Positions 1 to 12,694 are shown, counted from the whole stretch's first letter. The stretch: DNA of 62,440 bases, filler included, from Basidiobolus ranarum (GCA_040143965.1; 20 parts of 20 records of this genome joined end to end with filler, not necessarily neighbours in it), one strand, 5' to 3'. The notes: a model not told the origin generated them from the sequence alone. Numbers and translations: made by a program.

Positions 1-1755
1 CTTGGAATGCAAAGTTAGCGATGGGGAAAGAGGTGACAGTCTCTTCTGGAACTCTTGCCTTAATCACCATGACTGGATTGCTCTTAATGAAGAAACAGAT
101 TTGGTAAAAGGGCGATCATATCCTCACTTGCACTCTTGATATATCAGCCCATTTCTGGTGCCATTGGCAGCTGATCTGACTTCATTTATACAAATTTCAA
201 TTATTCTTGTGTACAATTTCCTCATAGACGCTACATTGAAATCAAACCCATTTCATTCTGTTCTTTTCTAGTGCGTTTTGAAAATTCCTGTAAAATTCTA
301 CTCACTGCTAAATTCACTTTTCATTCGACATGATTGGTTATACAGTCATTTGGTATTCATTTATAAACTACATAAATCCATCATCTGCATTATTTGCCAT
401 TTATCAAAGATGTATATATTGAAGAGGCATTAGGGTTAGGAAGGGAAGGATTAAGAAGCGGTGTACTGAATGTGGATATCTAAATTCTCGATGACGTCAT
501 TATTGAAATATAACATATGCCATTAGTCGCACCAACCATAGACTTAAGAAGAGATGTATGAAATGAGGGGATGCATGTACCTAGACTAATCAGCATAATC
601 CATCGAGAGTGTCATTGGAATGTGCCCACAGCCTCCTCTTGCTTTGACTGAAGACTGAAAAGGAATTACCATGAAAAGGAAGGGATTCTAATGATTCATG
701 TGATTCTTTAGCTCCATTCGATGGCAGCGGTTCAAAGTTCGACCGAGCGCTAGTCTGTGTTAAACATGTTGACTAAAGCATGACTAGATTATTGGCGAGA
801 TAAACATGATGGGAAGATATTCTTTACCACATGTGATTCGTGGTGGGCGAATACTCCAAGTTCTTCTTCAACCACTTGCATGTCACTAGAATCCATTTGA
901 TTCGATTCCCGTAGACCACCAGTGGATATTAAGCCTAGATGTGCTCCCTTCCTCTCCACTGAGTCTACCATCGATCGACCTTATCTTGGAATAGACACTT
1001 TCGGCTCCATAATCCAGTCATGGCTTTTGTGCAGAGAGATAAACCTTTTTTTGGAAATCACTGTATCTGAATATCACATCCACAACTAATGATCTGTCCA
1101 AACGATTGCTGGTTATTTTGGAAGCATTGTTATATAGTATTTTCGTCTCCAAAAGCTGCCCAAAATGGGTAATTGGAAATTCCAGCATGGAACAAGAAGC
1201 AAGGTCAAAAATCACTCATTAACCAATCATAGCCGTTTATTCCAAACTATATTCTTTCTTGTCATTAACATTATAAAAACGTGGCTCCATGGGGGAACCT
1301 TGGATTGGATGGTGGTGTAGAGTTTGAGTTAATTTATTTAGCTAGTCTTGTACGAGACTATTTCATATGTCATACATAGGTGCGTTTTGGTGGGTAATTA
1401 TATTTGTACAAGACTAACTTGATGCGTCTATATGTACATGGCTAGTACACCAGCCTCTAATACACAACTTCCCCACTGCACGTCAGGGGCGTGACAGTAA
1501 ATTGAGGCTGAGAATATTTTTAATGGTTGCCTTGGTTCAGCAAGACGAATATATACTGGTCCCGTGTACACTGAAGTCAAGAAGCGGTTATTTATATCTG
1601 TTCCAATTAATTGTCGATTCAATTGGAACGTACACCAATTCGGTGTAAGCACATTTCCTTCTCAATGTATAAATAGGTCCACAACCTCCCTTCAATCAGT
1701 TTCGTCAACCGAACCATTTTGTCTCATAAAACTCTATCTTCATTCCTCCCCCAAT

Positions 1756-2546
1756 ATGAGCCAAGATCCAGAAGCCGCTAGAAAGCTGAGAGGTCACGCC
1801 GCTACCCCTCTTGGTTTGTGTGCCTTCGCCATGACGACTTTTGTGATGGGTTGTATCAACTTTGGATTCTCTACCCATGTCCCTAGTATTGTCATTGGGT
1901 TGGCTTTCTTCTACGGAGGTGTAACACAGGTGCCATCTATTTTGATGATTGAGTAATTTAATGGAAACTGATAGAGCTTTATATATCTTTAGTTGGTCTG
2001 TGGGTTTTGGCATCTGGTTTGTAACAACGCATTTGAGGCCGTACTATTCGGTTCTTGGGGAGGGTTTTGGCTTTCTTTTGCACCCATTATCATGCCTGCC
2101 TGGGGAGTTAAAAACGATTATGTAGATGGGGGTTATGCGGAAGCCAGTGGGTACTTCAATATTGGTTCGTAGAGTTTACATTAGATGGATTACACAAAGT
2201 GTTCAATAAGTTAATATCGATATATATTCGCGTAGGTTGGGTCATATTTGCTACATTGATGCTAATGGGATCCCTCCGTGCACCACTTACGATTGTTTTG
2301 TTGAATGTGTCTGTGGTTTGCAGTTGTACTTCACTCACTATTGGTACTTTTACCGGGTACGAAGTTTGGATGCGAATTGGTGGCTTTTTTGGGATCTTAG
2401 CCTCATTATTTGCTTGGTATAATGCGGCAGTTCATTTGTTGAACAACAATAATTCCATCCTTCAATTATCCCCAGGACCCATCCTTTTCCCTGTGAAAAC
2501 TACCGAGAAATTGGAATCGAAATTAGAATCCAAATACAGTGCTTAA
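1756..2546 (+). CDS. GPR1/FUN34/YaaH (Ato/SatP) family acetate/ammonia transporter, 3 exons, 218 aa
   Basis: Exons 1756-1929, 1993-2164, 2236-2546 with GT-AG introns join in frame (657 nt). Motifs ATPLGLCAFAMTT, FFYGGVTQL, GGFWLSF, GGFFGILASLFAWYNA. Confidence 0.9.
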
Positions 2547-3039
2547 TGTAATTTATCTATGATATTCAATTCCTCAATGTATATTATGTTTCTATTCCTC
2601 TCTGTTTCTCATTCATTTATCCAGTGTTGTGATAAAGTCATGAGCAGTTAGGTGTTAGAGATACCTTCCTTCGATCATAAATTCATTGGATGCATTCATA
2701 GATATACTCATTAATCAAACTTGTGCATAATAAATATTGGTGGGTATGTAGACAAATGTCTTATTCGATATTTCAATCTCGTCATGCGATAAGATTGCGG
2801 TATTATTGGCAATTTCCAAAGAATAGTCGGTTTATGTGACGTGATGGATTGCTATACATCGCACAGCCAAGTGATGATGGATATTTGGTTTAGGAATATT
2901 CTAATATTTTAATATAAGGATTTTCCATTAGATTCCATCAACACACCTACAAATTATTTCCAATCTACAAACATACTTCATCTTCTTTCCTCGTTAATAT
3001 TTCATTACCTTACGAAAGTATTGAATTTTCTTGAACTCG

Positions 3040-3139
3040 NNNNNNNNNNNNNNNNNNNNNNNNNNNNNNNNNNNNNNNNNNNNTTAATTAATTAANNNNN
3101 NNNNNNNNNNNNNNNNNNNNNNNNNNNNNNNNNNNNNNN
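3040..3139. other. Artificial contig-joining linker (first of 19)
   Basis: 44 N + TTAATTAATTAA (stops in all six frames) + 44 N. Identical linkers start at 3040, 6176, 9312, 12447, 15581, 18714, 21846, 24977, 28108, 31238, 34366, 37492, 40616, 43737, 46857, 49977, 53094, 56211, 59328. Contig lengths never increase along the window (3039 to 3013 bp). Confidence 0.99.
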
Positions 3140-6100
3140 ATACGCTTCCAAGCCAAAGCCTGACCGTGCTTGTGATTATTTTTTCTATGAAGCCTCCGGC
3201 TTTCATAGCACAAGAATTTGCGACAATAATAGCAGGGCTTCTTTAAACGTTTGTGTTGCAGCATGAGAAGGATATTGTTGAAACAAGAACACCTCCTACA
3301 TAAGGGTGGTATTTTTGGTATAGCACATCAATGTCATCAGCTGATTCTGAGATGGTGTCACAGATGAGTCATAAGGGGATTTATAAGACTTTCCCAGTAA
3401 TGGATGGCAATTTTGGTATGTTATAAGCTGTTTCTAGGCAATTTCATTTAACCAAGTTTACCATCTGAAAATTTCAATGCCATTCAAAAAGCATTCAGAA
3501 TCTCAGTCAAAATCTGCTTCCAAGCCAATGCCTGCCAGCACAAAAGGAAAAAAACCAGCTAGAACAGAGGACTTAATTGATGAGCAGTCCAGCAATGCAC
3601 TATCCACTATGGAAAGCATCAACATGCTGGAAACTAAGACAACCAATGATCAAACATTAATCAATTTACCATATGTGTTCCTTTCCAGCAATAGTGAAAG
3701 TGAAGAGATTGTAATTGCCCAATTACATAGTAAATCAATAGTTGAGCCAAGGTCAATCAAAACTCTGTTAAGACCATCAACTTCCAAAATGGCTACTTTG
3801 CCCACTATTGAACAACCCTCTGCAGAAAATTTGGATCGAATAATTATAACAACAGAATCACAGGCAGAACACCATAATAATTTGTATTCATTCTTAAGTA
3901 AAAACTACAAAGCTGCTATACAGGCCATTGCAAGTAAGAATGCCACAATATTGCACTTAATGCAGTGTTGGGAAGCAACTAGCCAACAGTTAGAAAGTCA
4001 CTTAACAATGATACAAGATCTTCAGAATGCTGTACTTGAGCTACAGTGACATGCTGCTCCCTCTGTCTATTTGCATACAGGATTTCAATCAATCCCACAC
4101 CATACATATGAATGTTTCCATGACAATCTAGCACGGCAGAATATGCAATGGACCATTAAGCCTGCACATTGACCTGAAATTGCTTGGGCACCAAAAAGTA
4201 GAAATCTCATAAGAAAACCTGTGTAGTGGGATGGCATTGCTACCCACTGCCAGGTTGACTTATTTCCACTCCAAGCTTTTATCATTACTATTGCACAATT
4301 TCTATTTTATTGTCCATATTTGACTTATCCATATTTTCTACCCAATCACATTGCACCATTGGTATTATCCTCTACTACTTTAGATTTATCCATATTAACC
4401 CACATTAGCCCTATTATTTTCTGGAAAATTCTACAATCTTCCCAAACATTCCACAAGATTCTTGAAATATTTGATGATTAATTAAGTTTTGATCAATCAA
4501 AAACTAGATTATGCCGGAACATTCCACGACTTTCTGGATTATTCTACAACCTTCCAGATCATTCCATGAAACACTAATCTTGTGCTTTATGGTGATATCA
4601 TAACCTCAGATCCCTAACAACAGAATTCCCTGGAATTTCCCAGAAATTCTCATTAGTATTTGTTTCTACCATTGGAAAAGTATATATAGGGGACATATCT
4701 TTTAAAATAAATTCATCCTGGTTTTTAACTAACAATTAATGCTTGTAATCACCTCTTATTTTTATTACTGCTTACAAGACCTTTGAAGAGGAAGCTCAAG
4801 AGAGACTACTAGGGCAGTTACAGGCTATTGTGTTACTAGAAAGGACTTGACTGGCTCAAAGAAGGTACTGACAGGTAGGTGTTATATTTCAGAAACTTTA
4901 TATGTTTTCTCTAGCTTTGTCTGCATAGGCACAGAACCTTTCATATCCTTGGATAAGTCACTACTAGTGCATCCTTGTTCAAGACTGTGCTGGCTTAGTT
5001 TACAGATGTTTCTGATTGGATATAGCCTTTTTATCTGATCATCCTCAAAGGACATTGAGGCCTGAATATTCTTTTGTTAGGCACCAGCATATTATTCAAC
5101 AGAAAGCTGGACATTGTATTGTGGTTTATCAGTCCTTAGACATTTTTAGAGGCTTGATTCCCTTTCACAAAGACCCAAGAGACAAGAGACAGACCCACAT
5201 TACAGTACATCCCAGAGTTATTCAACCGTGGTTATTGTACCCTTTGAACACCTCACAAAACCGTTAGGATGTTGCAGTTATAGTTGCTGCTTACACCCTA
5301 AAACAACTACACTGGCAAACCAAAAGACTCTGAATGTCAGAGCTGCCATCACTTGCTCTGATGATGAGTGATCTAACATTTTAGAAACTGTGCAGAATCT
5401 TGCCCAAAATCACCTGGATTTGAGCCAATTCTGGAAAAACCAATAAACAGGCTTTACTCTGAAGGTTCTTGACTTATTTATTGTTGCTTATCCTGAGTTT
5501 TTGCAAGCAAATGGAAATTGGTCTAGTATAGGCTTATTCCTGAAACATCTCAAAAATATATGCAATTATCAACTTGGAAAAAAAAAAAAGCCACTAAAGA
5601 AGTACTCTAGGAGTGGGAAGTTAGTAAATCCAAGGGAAAGCAATAGAGCCAGCAAGCTTAGGCTCTACAGTCCCACTTACCAAGTTCTTTACATCATTAT
5701 GAAGATCTGCATTTTGTGAGTCAGACATACTGGCAAAAAGCTTAATCTCACCATGTTACCAGGTACATCAGTTGGAAGAGTGCTAAATTTGGAAGGTTAT
5801 CCTACACCTGGCACCTCCCAACTAGCCAAAACACCATCAAATAAAACTCACAGCTCTCCAACCACAACTGGTACTTTTCAAAGTGTTGGAATTAGCCATA
5901 AATGTTAAGGCAAGCAAAAAGCCACACAAACACCACAAAGCACCCTCAGTAGTGTCACACTACAAGGACATATAAAATAGTAAAAGTACTTGAGGAGTAT
6001 TTTTAAAAGTATGCAGAAAGTGGCTTCGGAAGAAGAACATTCAACTCATTATTCAGTCTGGTGTTGACCATGCATATATCTGGGAAGAACTTAATACAGA

Positions 6101-6175
6101 GTGGCACAATATTGCAGGGTATCCATCAGATAGCTGGAAGAATGTTGATTCAGCAACATTAATACAATGGTGGGC
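3140..6175 (+). mobile_element. Family E (CACTA-like DNA transposon): decayed accessory ORF, interrupted by a solo LTR
   Basis: ORF MPFKKHSESQSKS... (3477-4049) continues through stops and frameshifts. Highly similar copies at 6276-8760 and 25610-26840 (minus). CpG-depleted. Confidence 0.7.
4222..5311. mobile_element. 1090-bp solo LTR inserted in family E
   Basis: TGTAGT...ACTACA inverted termini. Absent from the homologous family E copy, where ...GAGAACCAGCAAACC (about 7486-7500) is contiguous. Flanks CCTG/CTGG are compatible with a mutated 4-bp TSD. TATA-like AGTATATATAGG near 4679. Confidence 0.75.
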
Positions 6176-6275
6176 NNNNNNNNNNNNNNNNNNNNNNNNN
6201 NNNNNNNNNNNNNNNNNNNTTAATTAATTAANNNNNNNNNNNNNNNNNNNNNNNNNNNNNNNNNNNNNNNNNNNN

Positions 6276-8760
6276 ATAACTGTGGTAACTCCATGGTATC
6301 TTGACTTTTGGCAGTGGAACCAAAATTTGGAGGCAAAATACAGTCAGTGGACTCAATGGGCAAAACTAAAGTCAATTTAGTGCACTTATTACTGTTGTTA
6401 TACACCAGGCTTTGTGCAGCTGGTGGCTTTGCACAGTGACCATGCTTGTGATTCTTTTTTCTATGAAGCCCCTGGCTTTCATAGCACAAGAATTTGCAAC
6501 AATAGTAGCAGGCCTTCTTTAAATGTCTGTGTTGTGGCTTGAGAAGGATTTGTGGAAAAAATAACACCTCCCATGAAAGGGTGGTATTTTAGATGTAGCC
6601 CATCAATATCATCAGCTGATTCTGAGATGGTGTCACAGAAAAGTCATTGGGGAATTACAAGTTATTTCTGGTAATGGGTGGCAATGTTGGTTTATTATAA
6701 GCTGTTTCTAAGCAATTTCATTACACCAAGCTTACCATCTGAAAATTTCAATGCCATTCAAAAAGCATTCAAAATCTAAGTCAAAATCAGCTTCCAAGCC
6801 AAAGCCTGCTGGCACAAGAGGAAAAAAACCAGCAAGAGCAGACAACTTAATTCATGAGCAGTCTAGCAATCCACTATCCACTTTGGAAGGCATTAACATT
6901 CTGGAATCCTACTGAAGTAATGATGAAGCATTGATCAATTTACCAGATGTGTTCATTTCTAGCATTAGTGCAAGTGAAGAGATTGGAATCCCCCAATTAT
7001 GTAGCAAATTAATAGTTGAGCAAAGTTCAACCATAAGACCATCAAGACTATCAACTTCCAAAATGACTACTTTGCCCACTATTGAACAACCCTTTGTAGA
7101 AAATTTTGGTAGAATTATTACAACAAGAGAATCACAGGCAGAACACCATAATTATTTGTATGCAATCAAAGTAAAAACTATGAAGTTGCTATACCGGCCA
7201 TGATAAGCAATAACACCGCAATATCAGAATTAATGCAGTATTTGGAAGCAACTAGTCAATAGTTAGAGATTCAATCAACAATGATACAAGACCTTCAGAA
7301 TGCTATACTTGAGCTACAGCAACCTGCTGCTCCCTCCATCCATTCTTGTACAGGATTTCAATCAATCCCACTCCATATATATGAACGTCACTGTGACAAT
7401 CTAGCAAAGCTGATTATGTGTTAGACCATTAAGCCCACACAACAACCCAAAATTGCTTGGGCACATGAAAGTAGAATTCTCCTAGGAGAACCAGCAAACC
7501 AAAAGACTCTGAATGTCAGAGCTGCCATCACTTGCTCTGATGATGAGTGGTTCAACATTTTGGAAACTGTGTGGAATCTTGCCCAAAATCCCCTGGATTT
7601 GAGCCACTCATGGAAAAACCAAAAACCAGACATTGCTCCAAAGGTTCTTGACTTATTTCATGTGGCTATCCTGGGTTTTTGCAAGCAAATGGAAATTGGG
7701 CTAGTACAGGCCTGTTCATGAAACATCTCAAGAATGTATGCAATTATTAACTTGGAAAAGAAAGAAAAGCAGCTAAAGAAGTGCTGAAGGAGCAGGAAGT
7801 TGGTAAACCCAAGGGAAAAGCAAAGAAGCCAGTGAGTTTAGGCTCTATTAGCCCACTTACCAAATTCTTCACACCATTACAAAGATATGCAATTCCAGAA
7901 TCAAACATACTAGCAAAAAAGCTTAATTTCACCATGGAACCAGTTACACCAGTTGGAAGAGTGCTAATTATGGAAGTTTATCCAACACCTGGCATCTCTC
8001 AACAAGCTAAAACACCAGCAAATAAAACTCACAGCTCTCCAACTTCCACTGGTACTTTTCAAAGTGTTGAAATTAGCCCCAAAGTTAAAGGCAAGCAAAA
8101 AGCTGCACAAACACTGCAAAGCTCCCTCAATAGTGTCACACTACAAGGATGTATGAAAATGGTAAAAGTGCTTGAGGAGTATTTTCAAAAGTATGAAGGG
8201 AAAAAAGCAGTGCAAGTATGCAGAAAGTGGTTTCAGAAGAAGAACATTCAACTTGACAGTTAATCTGGTGTTGACCATGTAGATATCTGGAAGAACTTAA
8301 TACCAAGTGGCACAATATTGCAGGTTATCTGCCAGATAGCTGGAAGAATGTGGATTCAGCAACATTAATACAATTTTGGCCTTTGATGGAGATATTGACA
8401 CAAACTCATGATGGGTATGACCTAAACATTGGGTATGAAGAACTCTATATAAATATTCAGAAGAATATATCAAAGAGATAAGGGATTTCACAGGTGACAA
8501 ATTAGCATTCAAGTGGAAATTGTGTAAAGTTTGAGTTATGTTTTTTGCACATATGTAGATCCATAGTTCTCTAAGATTGTAGCCAATCATGCACAACTAT
8601 TTTACAAGATCTCAAAATTTTACTCCTGAAACTGAGAAAATTGATTAAAATCAAATCTAACTTTACAATTTTATGATGGTAAGTAAACAGTCAATCCCAA
8701 GTGGATTAAAATTTTGATGGTTTTCCTACAATAACAATGCTCAAATTTCTGTTAGGGGCT
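6276..8760 (+). mobile_element. Family E copy: decayed accessory ORF and 3' region
   Basis: Colinear with 3140-6175 minus the LTR insertion. Its 3' part (about 8667-8759) matches 15681-15775. Confidence 0.7.
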
Positions 8761-9311
8761 AATTCTCACATTATTCCCATATATATAATATATGCACCAA
8801 TTTTCAGCCAAGTGACATTTGACTAAGTAATGTTGTCTAACATATATGTGATATATGAAATAGTTAGGTGTATAAAGAGATAACAAATATGATCAAGACA
8901 ATAAACTTCAACACTCTCACTCAACTAAATGTTCATATCTCTTAATCGTAACTTAAATCTTGATTCTTCAAATTTTGGCTTGGGTAATGGTTTGGTAATG
9001 ATGTCAGCAATCATTTCCTCAGTTGGACATGCTTATTCTCAATGGCTTCCCTAAGAAGATAATGTTAAATATTAATGTGCTTACTTCTGGCATGGAATTT
9101 GTGATTTTTAGCTAAAGAAATACAACCTTGATGTTCCTTGAAAATTATGGTGGTTGAACTTTGAATGATGCCCAAGTCTTAGAACAGTTTCCTTAATCAC
9201 ATAGCTTCCTTTGTTGTCGGTGATGCTGCCATGTATTCTGCTTCTGTTGCTGAAAGTGCTATGGTGGGTTGTTTCTTGATATTCCAAGATATGGCTGCTT
9301 CACTATAGAGA
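8758..9311 (-). mobile_element. Ty1/copia 3' end: RNase H, PPT and truncated family-A 3' LTR
   Basis: Minus strand reads AAISWNIKKQPTIALSATEAEYMA...MIADIITKPL, then purine-rich AGTTGAGTGAGAG, then TGTTGAAG at 8913. Confidence 0.88.
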
Positions 9312-9411
9312 NNNNNNNNNNNNNNNNNNNNNNNNNNNNNNNNNNNNNNNNNNNNTTAATTAATTAANNNNNNNNNNNNNNNNNNNNNNNNNNNNNNNNN
9401 NNNNNNNNNNN

Positions 9412-10000
9412 TCACACCACTCTCATGAGCTCCAACATGGGTGACGGAACGTAAGAGAGTAGCATTCCATCCCTTCTCAGAACCACAGACATCACGAATA
9501 ATTTCTTCAATAAATAGCTTGGTACGGGCGTAAGGGTTGGTACAGCTTGTAGGGCAGGTTTCAGGAATAGGGATTATAGGTGGGTCACCGTAGACAGTGG
9601 CAGAGGAGCTGAACACGATATTGCGAACGTTGTGTCTCTTCATCACATCCAATAACACCAAAGTACCAGAGATGTTATTTTGATAGTAACGAAGAGGAAT
9701 TTCGGAAGATTCTCCTACAGCCTTTAACCCAGCAAAGTGAATTACTGCCCAAATACCAGGAAACTCGTCAAAGACAGCATTTAGAGAGGTTTCATCCCCA
9801 ACGTCTACTTTACGGAACTCGAGATCTTTACCGCTTAATTTTCGAATGCGTAAGATGGCTTCCTCAGAGGAATTCGAAAGGTTATCGCCCACGACGCCCT
9901 GAAAGCCAGCCTTTAAAAGTGCTAAACAAGTGTGACTTCCAATATATCCGGCACCACCGGTAACAAGTACATAATCTTTGCGGGAATCGTTTGCTAGCAT
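9412..10000 (-). CDS. galE: UDP-glucose 4-epimerase, N-terminal part (truncated by contig end)
   Basis: GGAGYIGSH Rossmann motif, HFAGLKAVGES, FSSSATVYG, YxxxK (NPYARTK), GAHESG. Confidence 0.93.
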
Positions 10001-12546
10001 GTTACTTTGATTTGTGGGTATTATTGAGGAAGGTGAGAAGGTCTATTGGAATTATGGAACAAACGAAGACACGAGAAGAGTTACAAGAATAAGTAGCAGA
10101 TAATCGATTTGAAAAAATTTGGGATCAATGGGGGTAATTTATTTAATTTATGAAACCAATGGTGACCTCAAAGTTAGCCCAATCCGCAGAGCAAACGCCA
10201 GTTGTATAACTCGACCATATCACGAGCGGGACTTCTAATACCACCGCAAATGTGACCCATAACTAGTATATTGGTAAGTAGCCCAATGTTGAGTAACAAA
10301 GATCAAACAAATAGACGGAGTCAATCAAAAGCAATTATCCTTAATATCAACAGGGCTGACAAGGTTGCCGAAGTGCCAAATCAACGTCCATTCAGCCGAA
10401 ATGGGAACTGGTCGCTCATTAAGTGAGTCCAGCGCATAATAAGATCGCATTAGTAAGTGATAGGGATGCCGAGGTTATATTTATCTCTTAGGAGTACTCG
10501 AACCTGTTGTCATACGTTATCAAGAACACAATTACCAACTTTCCTCCCTTTTCAACCATTTGTAGCGCAGGGATTGCAACCTTATCGCATATATTGTTAT
10601 TATCTCTATTTTAGGAATCAACTCGAGACCTAATTTATCCAATACCAAGAGTAGTGCTAAAAATAGGTGTTCTTATTTCGGAATGAAAGAAAGGCTGTCT
10701 AAGTGGTAGTAGGTGCTTGCATATGAGATTGGCTGAGTGGCTCTTTTAAGTAGCCTCGTAGTGTATAGTTCTTGCTATCTTAGATAGGTAAGATTTGCGT
10801 ATACTCGAATATGCATTTTCGTACCATCCATCCAGGCTTTCCAATGAGTGTTCGGAAGTAGCTATGACTCCTTTCAAACTATTGACCTGTACAGACACAC
10901 CACCTTTACTGTTACTATAGCGACAGTGTATATGTAGCATACCTGCGCCCATCTTGATATAGCGTGCAACCAATATCAGGCGAGGTTTCAACATCTACAA
11001 CGGGTAGTATGCAGCATAAGATGGCGAATTCAAACAAGTGTTGGCTCAAGAGTAAGAGTTGAGCTATGTCTAAAGTTTTGTAATATCTTTCCAGTTGACA
11101 TTGGTTACTAGCAGTCTAAGCAAACAATATGAGCGTTTTGGATATTAATTTGTACCGTAGCTTGTAACAGTAGAAGTTGGGTCTGGTTGGTTCGGTCAAT
11201 TCATTGCTGCTCTACTTAAGGCAATTTTCAAGTTATGGCGTGTTACCTCCAAACCATGAGGTATATTAACGTCACACCAAGGATATGATCACTCTCATCA
11301 TATTATTAGCAATTTAATGTAGGAAGCAACATAATGGTATACAGCGCACGCTCCTAACATTCTCGCGTTAACAATCCATCTGAGTTTAGGGTTTTCAAAG
11401 GAAAGCATGAGCTCTGGAGTTGACTAAGGTTCAAGTACACACACATTGGATACACATCGCAATTCTTCCAGGTTCCATCCATAGGCTATCATTTATCCAG
11501 GTGAGTTTCCACCATCAAAAAGGGTATGCTTCTGAGTGAAATCGATTTCAGACTCTGCCTTGTGGATTTTAGTACATACTATCTAGGGCCGTTCCTGTGG
11601 CTACTTTGAACTTTTCTAATAGTAGTTTTCTCGTTCTTCAACTTGGTGTAACAGAATTTGTCACTAGAGCTCTTTCTTGTCCCGCGTACCCTCAACATAT
11701 CTCGCAGTCACTTGTCTTATGGTTGCTTAGAGGCTAAACAAGATATACTTTGTTTTTACATCGAAGAAACGCTTTATTTGCCATATATCATCCTCTACTT
11801 ATGACTTCTTCCATTACAATCCGTAGCGTTTGCATTTAGAAAAATTACATCTTTTGATCCATATACTGTGCTTCTACACGATACAAACCATTATATATCT
11901 CAGAACTGGATTAACAGGTTACTTACCATAAGCGTTGCAATCCCGCTTGATATTTCAATACCTGCTCCATATTATGCATATGGTTTGAGTGAGCAACAAC
12001 AAAGAAGTCTCCTACATAATCCACACTCTTTCTTGTATCACAGTGCCTTTGAAACGAGCTATGATAATTCATTCTCACCTAGTATAGTTAATCAGAAGAA
12101 AACCAGGCCTATTCAGAAAATAGGCTGAGTTAACTGGGATTTTACATTTTGATGAGGTTTTATAAAACTTGGAACTAATACAAATTTCAAATTGATACAG
12201 TTTTTGATCTAATACATTTGTTTATAAAGAGAGGAGCAGAGGAAACTGGAACTTGCTCAAAAATCTAATGCTGTTCTACCCTGACTCATTCCAAATACTT
12301 TCAGTTTCTGCTTTAAATGTACTTAATAAAATATACTTAGGGGGGAGACAGTCACCAAAAGGTGAAATCTTTATTTCAAACAAAACAAAGAAGCCATAAC
12401 TACTTTTGTAGTTTCTTAACTAATGTAAGGAGATCTGGAGTATTTGNNNNNNNNNNNNNNNNNNNNNNNNNNNNNNNNNNNNNNNNNNNNTTAATTAATT
12501 AANNNNNNNNNNNNNNNNNNNNNNNNNNNNNNNNNNNNNNNNNNNN

Positions 12547-12694
12547 ATTGACAGACTAGGTTAAGGTTCCCTAGCAATATAGGCATAGCATACAAGGACT
12601 GGTAGCTCAGTGGTCAGAGCACCTTGCTAGAGTGAAGGAGGTCCCAGGTTCAAATCCTGGCCAGACCAATATTTCTCACTAAATAATTTCAATA
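12547..12694 (+). mobile_element. tRNA-bearing LTR, partial copy (contig start), inserted in a copia protease region
   Basis: Reverse complement of 35450-35597. Ends TTTCAATA at 12694, abutting copia WYID coding sequence on the minus strand. Confidence 0.85.
12596..12668 (+). tRNA. tRNA-like (pseudo-tRNA) cassette inside LTR, nominal anticodon AGA
   Basis: 73-nt cloverleaf GGACTGG-TA-GCTC/GAGC-CCTTG CTAGAGT GAAGG-AGGTC-CCAGG TTCAAAT CCTGG-CCAGACC-A. A box TAGCTCAGTGG, B box GGTTCAAATCC. A3:A70 and G31:G39 mismatches. Confidence 0.75.

Noticed and set aside
1-137. Open frame at window start ending ...LVKGRSYPHLHS*
   Set aside because: Could be a gene 3' end but is too short to assign.
3084-3095. 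Regularly spaced TTAATTAATTAA palindromes as a biological array
   Set aside because: Always centred in 44 N + 44 N. It is a synthetic six-frame stop linker, and ORFs ending in X...LIN are artefacts of it.
10746-11830. Possible decayed gene upstream of galE (82-aa ORF 10746-10994)
   Set aside because: No convincing motif or splice model could be built by eye.
12622-12638. Amber-suppressor tRNA (CTA in the loop)
   Set aside because: With the CCTT/AAGG stem and U33 in register the anticodon position reads AGA. CTA needs a register that breaks the stem.
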